Notes: generated from the letters alone by a model not told the origin. A stretch of 64,000 bases of DNA from Acidobacteriia bacterium AH_259_A11_L15 (GCA_027717655.1 JALLOH010000003.1:6160-70159); one strand, 5' to 3'. Counted from the first letter of the stretch, positions 18,786-28,381 are shown. Program-made: numbers and translations.

Positions 18786-20540
18786 ACGGCCAGCATTTCC
18801 CGTCTTCTGGGCAAGGTCCACTGCTCCGATGCAGCCAAGTTCATACGCAGATTGCCCGACGAGTGTATCGATTTTGTAATGACCTCTCCGCCCTACTGGG
18901 GGCTTCGAGATTACTGTGTGGAAGGTCAGATTGGGCTCGAAAAACATCCGCACGAATACATTGAAAAACTTGCAAATATCTTTCATGACCTGAAGCGTGT
19001 TCTGAAACCGCACGGCTCCTTATATCTCAATCTTGGAGACACCTATTGCAGCACCAAAGGCACATGTGTCAATGCAGGAGGTGGGCAAAGTTCTATACGA
19101 CAATCTGCGTACACACGGCTGGCTGGAAACAAGAATCCCAATCGCATGCTCAAGCCAGACGGTCAGTGGCTTCAGCCCAAGCAACTACTGATGATTCCCG
19201 CGCGGGTAGCCATTGCCTTGCAAGAGAATGGCTGGATATTAAGGAACGACATCATCTGGTACAAGCCGAACGGCCTTCCCAGCAGCGTCAAGGATCGCCT
19301 TGCAAACAAGTATGAGCATGTCTTTCACTTCGTCAAAAGCCGTACGTACTACTATGACCTGGACGCCATCCGAGTACCTCACAAACGAGGAACTCCGAGA
19401 GCAGAATACGATTTCGAGCGCATGATGAAAGGCGGTGAGCGCTTTAACGGAAAATGGGGCAAGGCTGGTACCCAGAAGGCATTCGTCGCTGGAAACGTTC
19501 TTGGCAAAAAGCCTGGCGATGTTGTTCTTTCTAGAGACAAGACGGCGGCCCTCAGGAAAATCAACTCGATGCGAAATCCGCCTGAGCCGACTGAACCCGA
19601 CGCTTTTCATCCTCTTGGGAAGAATCCAGGGGATTTCATAGAACTTGAGGGCAGCACGTACCCAGACATAGACAACCCTGAGTATTGCTACCGATCAGCG
19701 CCTAGGAAGCGCAGTGAGCGGAAGCAGAACGCGGAAGCGGCTAACAGTTCTGCATGCTCGAATGCAGACATCTCTTGGACAATCAACGTAAACGGCAAGA
19801 ATAGGGGAGGAATCTATCGCAGCGATGAAGAAGAGTTAGGCTTTTGGAAACAGGTCGTACTGGAGGAGTACGCAAAGGCTGGCAAAGCTGGCGGTAAAAG
19901 ATTCTCAGGCAAGCACCAGGCTCTTGATGAGCGGTCTCCCTTGTTCAGAATAGCTCTGAACAGCGGCCAGATGAGGAATAGCGTCTATTACATAATTGAC
20001 ACCCTGAATGTGTCTCGCGGTTTGAAGCAAAAGCTCAAAAACTGGTGGCATGACCATAGCGGCCATTGCCTTGGGTCAAACCCTGGTGACTTCTGGAGGA
20101 TAACTACGAAGCCTTTTCCAAAGGCGCATTTTGCTGTTTATCCAGAAGAGCTCTGCATTAGGCCGATCCTTTCATCCTGCCCGCGCTTGGCCTGTAGGGA
20201 ATGCAGTAAACCTCCGCACATACTACGTTCGCATGTCGGCAGGAACCAAGGCGATTGGAGAACTGAGGCAAGAAGAAAGGGCCTGCCAGTGGACACAGTG
20301 GTAGCACATCTAGGAGGTGGGCATACAGGGCTTTCCCCAGGCTACCGTGAGAGGCACGTAGTAGGTTGGAAGGATTGCGGTTGCAATGCCGGTGTTGAGC
20401 CCGGGATTGTCTTCGACCCGTTTGCAGGAACAGGCACAACCCTTTTGGTTGCGAAGAAGCTGGGGCGTAGATGGCTTGGATGTGAGCTAAATCCCAAATT
20501 CGTGAAAATGGCAAATCAGCGAATCAGTAACAACTACTAG
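18786..20540 (+). CDS. Site-specific DNA methyltransferase (N4C/N6A, beta class) with a large insertion; start codon uncertain
   Basis: TSPPY, LNLGD, IIWYKPN, HFAVYPEEL and DPFAGTGTT. Homology extends upstream of the TTG at 18852 (LGKVHCSDA). Confidence 0.9.
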   Translation, partial: TASISRLLGKVHCSDAAKFIRRLPDECIDFVMTSPPYWGLRDYCVEGQIGLEKHPHEYIEKLANIFHDLKRVLKPHGSLYLNLGDTYCSTKGTCVNAGGGQSSIRQSAYTRLAGNKNPNRMLKPDGQWLQPKQLLMIPARVAIALQENGWILRNDIIWYKPNGLPSSVKDRLANKYEHVFHFVKSRTYYYDLDAIRVPHKRGTPRAEYDFERMMKGGERFNGKWGKAGTQKAFVAGNVLGKKPGDVVLSRDKTAALRKINSMRNPPEPTEPDAFHPLGKNPGDFIELEGSTYPDIDNPEYCYRSAPRKRSERKQNAEAANSSACSNADISWTINVNGKNRGGIYRSDEEELGFWKQVVLEEYAKAGKAGGKRFSGKHQALDERSPLFRIALNSGQMRNSVYYIIDTLNVSRGLKQKLKNWWHDHSGHCLGSNPGDFWRITTKPFPKAHFAVYPEELCIRPILSSCPRLACRECSKPPHILRSHVGRNQGDWRTEARRKGLPVDTVVAHLGGGHTGLSPGYRERHVVGWKDCGCNAGVEPGIVFDPFAGTGTTLLVAKKLGRRWLGCELNPKFVKMANQRISNNY

Positions 20541-20569
20541 CTCGTCCCGCCTAGGACTATTGAATCAGC

Positions 20570-20909
20570 GACCGCCACCAGTTGATCTATGGAATCATTC
20601 AGGACTTTGGAGAAATCAGGTCACGCGAGCTGTGGAAAGAATATCTGCTGCGCTGCAAGCAGGCCGGTATGCCATCAGCCGCGCCTCGAACCTTTTCGCT
20701 CTACATCAAGAAGCTAGAAGAACTCGCTCTAGTAATGAGCGCAAGGGCTTTGGGTATCAAGGGAAATGTGCGTGTATTCAGGGTTCGGAGATAAGGGAGA
20801 AAGGTGATGAAGTACGGCGAGCATTTCCCGTGTTCTGGGCAAGATTCACTGCTCCGATGCAGCTAGGTTTATCTGCAGACTCCCGGATGAGTCTGTCGAT
20901 TTTGTGATG
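20570..20909 (+). repeat. Diverged 340-bp direct repeat of 18542-18881 (cdc6 3' end + MTase 5' end); pseudogene fragments
   Basis: Colinear with no net indel. The peptide IYGIIQDFGE...GNVRVFRVRR occurs in both copies. Confidence 0.9.
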
Positions 20910-21140
20910 TCGATGCCCACAATGGCCACCTGGATGAAAGAGTTTGACAGCGGACAAAAGACCTATGCTTCGGTGTTGCAACTTATGCAAGTGACCGAGA
21001 AGCATTTCGGTTCCAACCGCTCCACAGTGCGAGCAAAAGAAGCAGGCTCTATGCAGAGAAAGATGCAGTCAATGGAGATACTCGTGCTTCCCTAGACAGC
21101 GGCACTGTTTCCGCGCTATGTTCGATTCAATTTAGAGGGA

Positions 21141-21872
21141 ATGATTATGAATCTCTTTGGCGTCCGTGTTAGCGGACCACAGGTCATGGAAGTGTCACGG
21201 AAGATGGCTGATGCTGTACGTGAGCCGACCTACCTTTATCCATGGCAATCATTGGAGTCGGACTTGTGTCGTAGGGGGCTCTCCTCGATCTATATGGTGG
21301 GGTATGGAAGTTTGCTTGATTCGGCATCAGCTGCTCAAACGCTAAAACACAGCTCCCGGGAACCTCGTGAACCCGTGATTGCCTTCGGGGCACGCCGAAT
21401 CTTTAATTGCGAGATGTCATCGGGTGGACGCTACGGACCGGCGATAAGTCCCTCTGCACGCGCAGCGTTGAATGTCCGGCTCACTGGCGACATCAACGAC
21501 GCTATCAATGGCATCATGGTGGAAATCTCGGTGAAAGACATCCCAGCCCTGCAGGCAAGGGAAGTGGGGTATGACCTAGCACCTATAGCGTGTCTCCGAT
21601 GGAACGATCTCGAAGAAACTCCCTTCGTGGCCTACATCCTCTGCTGCCCTGACGAACCGCGGGATGGGAAGCGGCGGACCAACGATGGGCTCGAGCCGCA
21701 TCGGGAGTACTACAAGGTGTGCCGCAGGGGAGCTGCCGAGGTGGGCGAGGAGTTCCTTCGCTTCTGGCTCTCCACCACCTATTTGGCCGACGGAGTCACA
21801 CCTGTGGCGCAGTGGGAAGCCACGGCGCTCCCAGAGATACGCAGTGATGCGACAAAAGAGGGCAGGCCATGA
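21141..21872 (+). CDS. Gamma-glutamylcyclotransferase (GGCT/ChaC-like) fold protein
   Basis: VGYGSLL motif and LQAREVGY. TAGACA/TATGTT promoter-like hexamers upstream. Confidence 0.6.
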   Translation: MIMNLFGVRVSGPQVMEVSRKMADAVREPTYLYPWQSLESDLCRRGLSSIYMVGYGSLLDSASAAQTLKHSSREPREPVIAFGARRIFNCEMSSGGRYGPAISPSARAALNVRLTGDINDAINGIMVEISVKDIPALQAREVGYDLAPIACLRWNDLEETPFVAYILCCPDEPRDGKRRTNDGLEPHREYYKVCRRGAAEVGEEFLRFWLSTTYLADGVTPVAQWEATALPEIRSDATKEGRP

Positions 21873-23770
21873 ATGGAGTAATGGAGAGTGTCCTGGAACT
21901 GGTGCGCAGTTTCCAGAATGGCTATGTTTGGCTCCTAGCCACTGGAGCGATCGCGTATCTCTATGCTACCTACCGGTACCACCGGTTGCTCCACGAGACC
22001 GGTGACCAGATCCGCCTTGGCGCGATCTCGGTGAAAGGAGGTATCTCACAAGAATTGGGGGCCAATGCGGCCGCGCTGCTACTGCGCACCCGGTTCTCCG
22101 CTGTCACAGAGAGCTTCAGGAAGGGTACGGGGGCCCGTGCGTCCCTCTATGCGGCGGAGGCTGTCGCCGCACAATTTCCAACCATAGAAACGGCGTTGCT
22201 CGAGGTCGCGCCGGAGCTAAAGCCGCCGCAGCTGCAAGTGAAGGAGGACATTGTCAGTAAGGTCGGAACAGTGGAGATTCCTGTCGGCGCCATAGTGAAT
22301 CTGTTCCTGGCACTTCTTCGCTGGCTACCTGTGCCCTATCGGAGGCGTTACGAGGCCTCGCTGATTCATCTATCACTTATATCCATCGGGCCTGAGACGC
22401 AACTGCTCGTCTCTCGCGAAAGCCAACACCGCACCTCATTCGGCCGGTCTGTGGTAGAGGAAAAAGGGCAACCCGTGAATCAGCCTATGGTGCTTGCCAG
22501 GACCGCTGCGGTAGGCAACCTTACGGATCTCACCAATCTACTAAGAGATGCCGTGTTCATGATCCTTCAGCTAGACGGCAAAGCCTTCCCAGGCAGGAAT
22601 TGGCTGGGTATGAGATGTTTTGCGGATGGATTGGTTGCCTTGAACGAGTACCGGCGAACTGCGAAGGAAGAGTTTCTAGAAAAGGCCAGGGAGAGTTTTG
22701 GCCGTGCGGCTGACGTCGATGCAGGTAATTACAAGGCCCTCTATTTTTACAGCTTGTTGCTCCTATTTGAACGGACGCGCGAGTCGATCGCCACAGCGAC
22801 CAAGGTTTTCACACGGGCCTTGAGGACTGAAGACCCGATGGTCAAGGCTCTCGTGCATACCGGCCTGGCAAATTGCTACGCCCAGCAGTTTCATCGATTG
22901 GCCGAGCGCGGCCCTGATGTATTGAAAAAAGCTCGAGAGCAGGCTGAGTTAGCGCACCAAGAATGGGAAAGAGCACAGGAACAAATGCTGAAATCGTACT
23001 TGGCAGGCGGAAAAGAGTTGCCGGGTCGTAACCATCCATGGATCCTCGCGACCCGCGCCTTAGTGCAGACCGTAGATGAAGGCACCACAGGCACACGTGA
23101 GGAGGCAAAAAAGCGATTTCTCGCGGCTGCGCGTTTCTACACGGAGGCAATCGAAACCGAACGGCACAACGGAATGTTCTGGAACAACCTGGGCTGGTTA
23201 TTACTCAAGTTGACTGAGTGGAGAGTACAGGACCTGAAGGACCTGGTATCCGGGGAGAAGATTCCTCCTGGCCTATCAGGCAATGCGGCCGAGCTATCCG
23301 AGCGCTACCTTCGACGTTCCCTGGAGCTGAATCCGAAGAACAAGCTCAGCCACGCAAACCTTTGCCTGCTTTATGCTAGCCCCTGGTATCGGAAGCGGCA
23401 GGAAAAGGAGGAACGAGAGAAGTACCTGCACCGTTGTCGCTACTACGGACTTGCGGCGATACAGCTAGATCCGAACTACATCAACGGCCATCGCGACCTT
23501 TCATTGAGCCTGCTGCGGTATGAACAGTTTGACGAGGCCTACCGGTACTTCAAAGAAGCTTTGCGACTCGCCACCGCAGTGGAAAAAGACGAGGAAATCA
23601 TCCACGACGCGCTGGCAGTCCTTGATGAGATGAAAGAGGATAAGATACAGATTACGGAACAAGAACGAAAACGCTGGCAATATCCCGACCCGAGTCTGCT
23701 GGTTCCTCCCGATGCTGGTAGCGCTCGTCCCCGGCCAGCAAAGGCCGAGCACCAAGCACCGGTCCTCTAG
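21869..23770 (+). CDS. Membrane-anchored TPR protein
   Basis: N-terminal hydrophobic helix and multiple TPR-like repeats (WNNLGW, SLELNPKN, AIQLDPNY). ATGA overlap with the GGCT gene. Confidence 0.7.
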   Translation: MNGVMESVLELVRSFQNGYVWLLATGAIAYLYATYRYHRLLHETGDQIRLGAISVKGGISQELGANAAALLLRTRFSAVTESFRKGTGARASLYAAEAVAAQFPTIETALLEVAPELKPPQLQVKEDIVSKVGTVEIPVGAIVNLFLALLRWLPVPYRRRYEASLIHLSLISIGPETQLLVSRESQHRTSFGRSVVEEKGQPVNQPMVLARTAAVGNLTDLTNLLRDAVFMILQLDGKAFPGRNWLGMRCFADGLVALNEYRRTAKEEFLEKARESFGRAADVDAGNYKALYFYSLLLLFERTRESIATATKVFTRALRTEDPMVKALVHTGLANCYAQQFHRLAERGPDVLKKAREQAELAHQEWERAQEQMLKSYLAGGKELPGRNHPWILATRALVQTVDEGTTGTREEAKKRFLAAARFYTEAIETERHNGMFWNNLGWLLLKLTEWRVQDLKDLVSGEKIPPGLSGNAAELSERYLRRSLELNPKNKLSHANLCLLYASPWYRKRQEKEEREKYLHRCRYYGLAAIQLDPNYINGHRDLSLSLLRYEQFDEAYRYFKEALRLATAVEKDEEIIHDALAVLDEMKEDKIQITEQERKRWQYPDPSLLVPPDAGSARPRPAKAEHQAPVL

Positions 23771-23929
23771 TTTTCAGGAAGAATAGGCGACAAGCCCGAG
23801 AGTTACCTGTCCCTGTCGTTTTCCAGAGCTGCCTAGCCGCCGCCTGCACTCCACAAGGTATTTCGCTAATGTGATCAGCCCAAGAGACAAACTCGCTTAC
23901 CCACAGCGATTCGGTATCTCAGTTCGTAG

Positions 23930-25957
23930 CTAGGGTTTCAGCAGAGGATCATCGGCGCCAAGAAACGACCTGACATCTCGAATAATGATGCGTGGATATG
24001 ATGGGCACTCTGGGGGGTCCGTCTGTCGAGCAATCGCGTGGACCAAATTTCTACGCGTGACAAGTACAACGATAGTTTCATATCCGGCCCGAACGCATTT
24101 TTGGACATTCTCTTTGGCATCGGAACGTCCCGTTTCTATCTCGATAGCTACTTCTCGACCCTCTTTGCCTGCTAGTAGGTCGATTGTCTTGCCGCCACCG
24201 ACTGGCTTTTCCATCTCGACTTTGTACCCCCGTCTTTCCAGGTGCTGAGCGACCTTCTCCTTCCAATACTCGTGCTCCGGGCCTCCTCTACCTCTTGTGG
24301 GCACTTCAAAGCCAAGATTCTTCAGCGCCTCTTTTCCTTTCTCGGTCAGCCACAACAACCTAACCCGACCTTTGCCACTTGATATATCAACTGGCTCAAT
24401 CAAACCTTTCAAGAGAAGCACGGTGCACACCTTGTTGCCAAAATACGAAGAAAGATTAAGACGACAGTATCTCTCAGCAACCCCCGACGTTATATTCTCC
24501 ATAACGTCTCTCAGCAATTCTATTTCTTCTTTTGTTAGTTTTTCCGCCGGCCGCATCGGCAGAATCTCAGCCTTCCTCTTCCCATCAGCCAGAATCTCGA
24601 TGCTTGCCCCAGACAAACCCGGCGATTGCGCAGCCACGTCTCGGTCCGTCATCTTGCCCTTGTCGACGTATACGAGCGGGAACTTCACCAAAAAGGGCTT
24701 GTACCACCTGCCTTGCAGTCGAACGATGCCATGACCTACAGGCAGCTTGCCGAGGTACTCCTTCTCTTCTGCGCCAAGGAGCGTCGCATTAGCTATCGTT
24801 GATACATCGTGGCCGTGCTTGAGATTCATGGCTACTGTGCAGTAGGTATTGCCTAGGGAGGGAACAGAAATGAGCGAAGGGTGCTGGTCGATCAGGATAA
24901 TTGACTCACCCAGCTCCCGGATCTCCCGCAGAATCACGTCCATAATTGTCTCCTTGGATTGCTTCCGCTTTAGTAGAACGTGATGAGCTTCCTCGATGAT
25001 GATCGCGTGTTTGAGTGTCTCCCGGCTTTGCTCCTGCAGCCGGTAATGATGAATCCAGAGGAGCATGGCCTCGATGAGGAAAGTCTTGTCTGCGTTCGTC
25101 AGGGCGTCGAGTTCCAGGACAGCATTTCTTTTCAGAAGAGCTCCAAGACCGGAAGGCTGCCGGACATTCAAGACCTTACCTATGTCTCCGTAGCAGAGGG
25201 TCGCGATTGCCCTTTTTGTCGAGTCCATCCACTGGGCTTCCCGACCTTTGACCTTTGCTTTGATGAGCCATTCCTTGACATCGGCGAGAGTAGGAAATGA
25301 TTCGGGCTCGTTATCGTACATCCCAAACTGCTCGTAAATCCCGTCAATAGCTTCTTGCAGCAAGTATGCCACGCCTTCTCCTAGCCAGTACACGTGGCAC
25401 ATGATTTCGATGAGCTTCTTGAGCCAGATTGACGGCTTTGTTCCTTCAGGCGGGATGAGCGGGTTAAAAGTAAAAGGAGCAACGTTCCGTCCGACTGTGT
25501 AGACAACAAGCTGGCCCCGGCCCACGACCTGGAGCAGGTCCCGGTAGTTCCGCTTCCAATCAAATACAAGTATTGGAATGCCTTTGGCGAGCAGCGATTT
25601 TGCTACCAAGAAACCAACATTCGTTTTCCCGCTGCCCGTGCGCCCGAAGATTCCTACATGCTGAATCCATTCGTTCTGGCGAAGCCCGAATGATCCGAAC
25701 CCCCTAGGTCCATAGACGACGGTGCCAAGAGGGTAATCACCCCCTGATTGCTCCGCTGGTGGTGGTTCTAGAAAGATTCGCTTCGTCGTGTAAGGCTTTC
25801 CGAGATGCTTGGCGGCCAAAAGCTGTAGGAATCCGTCGATCTCGCTTCTCTTCTTCGGATTCAGCTGGTACTCGAGCCAAAGAGGATCGAGTCTGTCGCC
25901 TAGGATCGGCCTGAGCTTCTGGAAAATTTCCTCTGTGTCCACGTGGATCAACCTCAT
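23930..25957 (-). CDS. HerA/FtsK (DUF87-type) ATPase fused to a winged helix and a C-terminal PD-(D/E)XK nuclease
   Basis: HVGIFGRTGSGKT, VFDWK, IIIEEAH and IDQHP; C-terminal EH...IDLL...AIEIETG. Confidence 0.8.
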   Translation of the reverse strand: MRLIHVDTEEIFQKLRPILGDRLDPLWLEYQLNPKKRSEIDGFLQLLAAKHLGKPYTTKRIFLEPPPAEQSGGDYPLGTVVYGPRGFGSFGLRQNEWIQHVGIFGRTGSGKTNVGFLVAKSLLAKGIPILVFDWKRNYRDLLQVVGRGQLVVYTVGRNVAPFTFNPLIPPEGTKPSIWLKKLIEIMCHVYWLGEGVAYLLQEAIDGIYEQFGMYDNEPESFPTLADVKEWLIKAKVKGREAQWMDSTKRAIATLCYGDIGKVLNVRQPSGLGALLKRNAVLELDALTNADKTFLIEAMLLWIHHYRLQEQSRETLKHAIIIEEAHHVLLKRKQSKETIMDVILREIRELGESIILIDQHPSLISVPSLGNTYCTVAMNLKHGHDVSTIANATLLGAEEKEYLGKLPVGHGIVRLQGRWYKPFLVKFPLVYVDKGKMTDRDVAAQSPGLSGASIEILADGKRKAEILPMRPAEKLTKEEIELLRDVMENITSGVAERYCRLNLSSYFGNKVCTVLLLKGLIEPVDISSGKGRVRLLWLTEKGKEALKNLGFEVPTRGRGGPEHEYWKEKVAQHLERRGYKVEMEKPVGGGKTIDLLAGKEGREVAIEIETGRSDAKENVQKCVRAGYETIVVLVTRRNLVHAIARQTDPPECPSYPRIIIRDVRSFLGADDPLLKP

Positions 25958-26502
25958 AGTAGACCAAGGCGACTGAGCAAAGATTTGTACTCGACAACTC
26001 CTTCTCGAAATTCCTTTCGTAGGCTGGAAATGTCTTGCCAGGTTCTCAGGAGGGAGCTTCGCCTCTCCTTGCGAAGGTTGGAGAGTTCTCTTTCCAGGTG
26101 GTTGCGCTTTATGTCCACACCTGTGTTGTATCCGACACCCCAGCCAGTGAAGTGGTCGAGCGACAGCGCAGCTTGGGAAATCTGATAGTCTATTTCCCGT
26201 AGGGTCTCATCCTGAAGCTGCGCCCGGGCCAGCACCTCTTCTTCGAGTTGGTCTATCGTGGACCTGCTATCTTTGAGCTTGCCGATGACGTAGCTCTGGG
26301 CTTCATCCTCGGGTTCAGGCAGCGGCTTTCCCTCCGGTAGGAAGCGTCTGAGGTCAAAGAGTTTCCTTACGAGGTCGCCTGTCGGTTTGCGCTCATCCCA
26401 GGGCGGCTTCGGCATGCCGACTTCAAGGAACAAGGGTTGTTCGAAAAAGTCGAAGTAGTGCCAGAGCTCTTCGTAAAGCTGGTGGTCCACAGCGATCGCC
26501 AA
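25954..26502 (-). CDS. Coiled-coil hypothetical protein coupled to the HerA-nuclease gene
   Basis: Its stop codon overlaps the ATPase ATG (ATGA). Helical heptad pattern. Confidence 0.65.
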   Translation of the reverse strand: MAIAVDHQLYEELWHYFDFFEQPLFLEVGMPKPPWDERKPTGDLVRKLFDLRRFLPEGKPLPEPEDEAQSYVIGKLKDSRSTIDQLEEEVLARAQLQDETLREIDYQISQAALSLDHFTGWGVGYNTGVDIKRNHLERELSNLRKERRSSLLRTWQDISSLRKEFREGVVEYKSLLSRLGLL

Positions 26503-26620
26503 TACGGTTTAGGACATGCCTGGCTTTAGAGGTGAGTTCGTGCTGATGCTGATTTTGCCTTCTACCGGATCAAGCAAAGCCATCTAAGTTATTTATGCTT
26601 ACGTGCAAATAATCAAAGTT

Positions 26621-26716
26621 ATGAATTCAGAGACTATCCTCCTTAGGAGGCTATTGAAGGAAGTCACAGCCATCAGACAGGACTTGGAAGAAATAAAAAA
26701 GAGCATGGTGAAGTGA
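26621..26716 (+). pseudogene. 31-aa fragment resembling the N-terminus of an archaeal antitoxin
   Basis: MNSETILLRRLLKEVTAIRQDLEEIKKSMVK*. TTATTTATGC TATA-like box about 25 nt upstream of the ATG. Confidence 0.35.
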
Positions 26717-26960
26717 GGATCTTGTGAAAATAGAGGGAGACCATCTTTCGTTTCCGGGGACCGATACGGTCACAATCGCGACGATTTTATGTGGGTCTGG
26801 GACGGCGGTGAATGCTTTTTGGAAACAGGCGGAATCAGTCCACTTGCATAAGGTGCAATCGAGAGGCGTTCGCCTTTTCAGACCCTAAGACCTAATCCTG
26901 AAAACAACCTAGCCCTTCCTGTCAAGAGCATGACCCGAGAACGGGTCGTAACTGCTTTCG

Positions 26961-27176
26961 GTGGTGGTAAGCCTGACATACACGTATGTTGTTCCGACTC
27001 GCTACTTGACCAAGCTCGCTGAGATAAAGACAGAAACTTCTGTAGGAATCGCCAGACAAATATCATTTGCGCTGGAACTTTATCTGAAGGAGTATGACGA
27101 AAGGCCGACGTTTCGCGATGAGCTTTTTGCGTACGTAAAGGGATTCGAGAAAGGTCAGGGACCAAATCCCAAATAG
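26961..27176 (+). CDS. Small RHH-like DNA-binding protein
   Basis: Strand-helix-helix pattern (YTYVVP...KLAEIK...IARQISFALELYL). Confidence 0.4.
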   Translation: MVVSLTYTYVVPTRYLTKLAEIKTETSVGIARQISFALELYLKEYDERPTFRDELFAYVKGFEKGQGPNPK

Positions 27177-27184
27177 TTGGGAAC

Positions 27185-27547
27185 TTAGAACCAACCTCCG
27201 AATAGCGGCTCCTCTCCTGTCTTGATGGCATGCTTTACTAAGGTATAAGCTCGCTCGTACCATGCCATGTAACCCTTGTGCATGTGGCGGTGCTTGATCG
27301 CGTTTTGCACGACCTTTCTTGCATCCCCGCCGTATGAGGACCACACCCACTCGCAGTAGTTTGGAAGGCATTCCTTTGCGTCACGAAGAATCTGGGCTGC
27401 ACCTGACGGACTGGCATATCCCAAGCTCTCTGCAATTATGTGGGCCGTGATGCGCGGATAGCGCCTCATGTACTTGCGGTAGGACTCAGCCTTCTGGCGC
27501 GGCGTATCAATCGTCCTCCAGGCGCACAACCTCATTGAAGCGATCAC
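27185..27547 (-). CDS. Hypothetical mobile-element protein
   Basis: Part of a tightly packed run of small minus-strand ORFs. Confidence 0.55.
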   Translation of the reverse strand: MIASMRLCAWRTIDTPRQKAESYRKYMRRYPRITAHIIAESLGYASPSGAAQILRDAKECLPNYCEWVWSSYGGDARKVVQNAIKHRHMHKGYMAWYERAYTLVKHAIKTGEEPLFGGWF

Positions 27548-27779
27548 CTTCCACTGAGATCCTACGGCCCTTTAGCCGCTGAGAAATGTACTCGCAGCCG
27601 CGACCGAAGGCGTAGTCTTTGAAAAAATCCCTGTCAGTGGCGCCTTCGTAGAAATGAGCGAACGGGCGATGATCGAAGTTGACGACTCCCAGGCCGTCGC
27701 CGTCTATCTGGTAAAGAAGCTGCCAGATTGTTCCGTGGTCAATCGCTGAGAGGATTTTGCCCCGGGACGTTGAAATCAC
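27507..27779 (-). CDS. Hypothetical mobile-element protein
   Basis: Closely abuts its neighbours on the same strand. Confidence 0.55.
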   Translation of the reverse strand: MISTSRGKILSAIDHGTIWQLLYQIDGDGLGVVNFDHRPFAHFYEGATDRDFFKDYAFGRGCEYISQRLKGRRISVEGDRFNEVVRLEDD

Positions 27780-27780
27780 C

Positions 27781-28152
27781 TCAATAGTCTTCGGGCTTCA
27801 TGTAGGTCAGCTTGCCCGGTTCCGCCACAACCCAGATCTTATCCTTTCGAAGGACCCGAAGCTTCATATAGGGTGTGTCCTCGGGATCAGGCTGGCGCAG
27901 TAGTTCGAGACCTGTGTTCACTAGGTCAACACGCTTTTGCAGGTCCTCGTAGCCTTCGTCGAAGAGGGTGCGGGCGAAGTAGACCTTGTGCGGGCCGACG
28001 GTGCCGGTGTGGACCAAGATTCCGTCTTCGACTGCCTGTTCGGTTGTGTAGCTGTAGATAACAGGGCCAAATAGGTTTTCGGGATCCTTCTCGTCTGTCA
28101 CATGACTCGCCTCTGTCTGGGCAGCCTCTTCATGAAGAAGAACATCTCCCAA
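27781..28152 (-). CDS. DUF6573-like plasmid/ICE protein
   Basis: FGPVIYSYTTEQAVEDGILV matches the YSYTRxQAIEDGVLV signature. Confidence 0.55.
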   Translation of the reverse strand: MGDVLLHEEAAQTEASHVTDEKDPENLFGPVIYSYTTEQAVEDGILVHTGTVGPHKVYFARTLFDEGYEDLQKRVDLVNTGLELLRQPDPEDTPYMKLRVLRKDKIWVVAEPGKLTYMKPEDY

Positions 28153-28319
28153 GTCAGGATCATGCCGTCGATGTTCATGGCCGGGAGGCCGCCGTATTTG
28201 CCGATTGCACGGATCGTTCCCTCGTAGGGTGGGAATTTCCCGCTCGGATATTCGATCTGGACCCGGTCACGCACATGGAATCTTTGTCCTTCAATGCTTA
28301 TAGAGTTTTGGGTTTTCAT
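28098..28319 (-). CDS. Small SH3-like hypothetical protein
   Basis: AAGGGG RBS; FHVRDRVQI...YEGTIRAI pattern. Confidence 0.45.
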   Translation of the reverse strand: MKTQNSISIEGQRFHVRDRVQIEYPSGKFPPYEGTIRAIGKYGGLPAMNIDGMILTWEMFFFMKRLPRQRRVM

Positions 28320-28381
28320 CTGGTCCCCTTGGCAAGCCCCGCTGCCTCGGGGATTTGCGGTGGGCTCTTGCTGCTTTTAGT

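Noticed and set aside
19400-20100. Intein in the methyltransferase
   Set aside because: No C/S start with an HN-C/S/T end, and no LAGLIDADG blocks.
18542-20909. DGR template/variable repeat pair
   Set aside because: The differences are not adenine-specific, and there is no reverse transcriptase in the window.
26770-26850. HNH pseudogene (WVWDGGEC)
   Set aside because: Similarity is limited to a few residues and no HNH motif follows.
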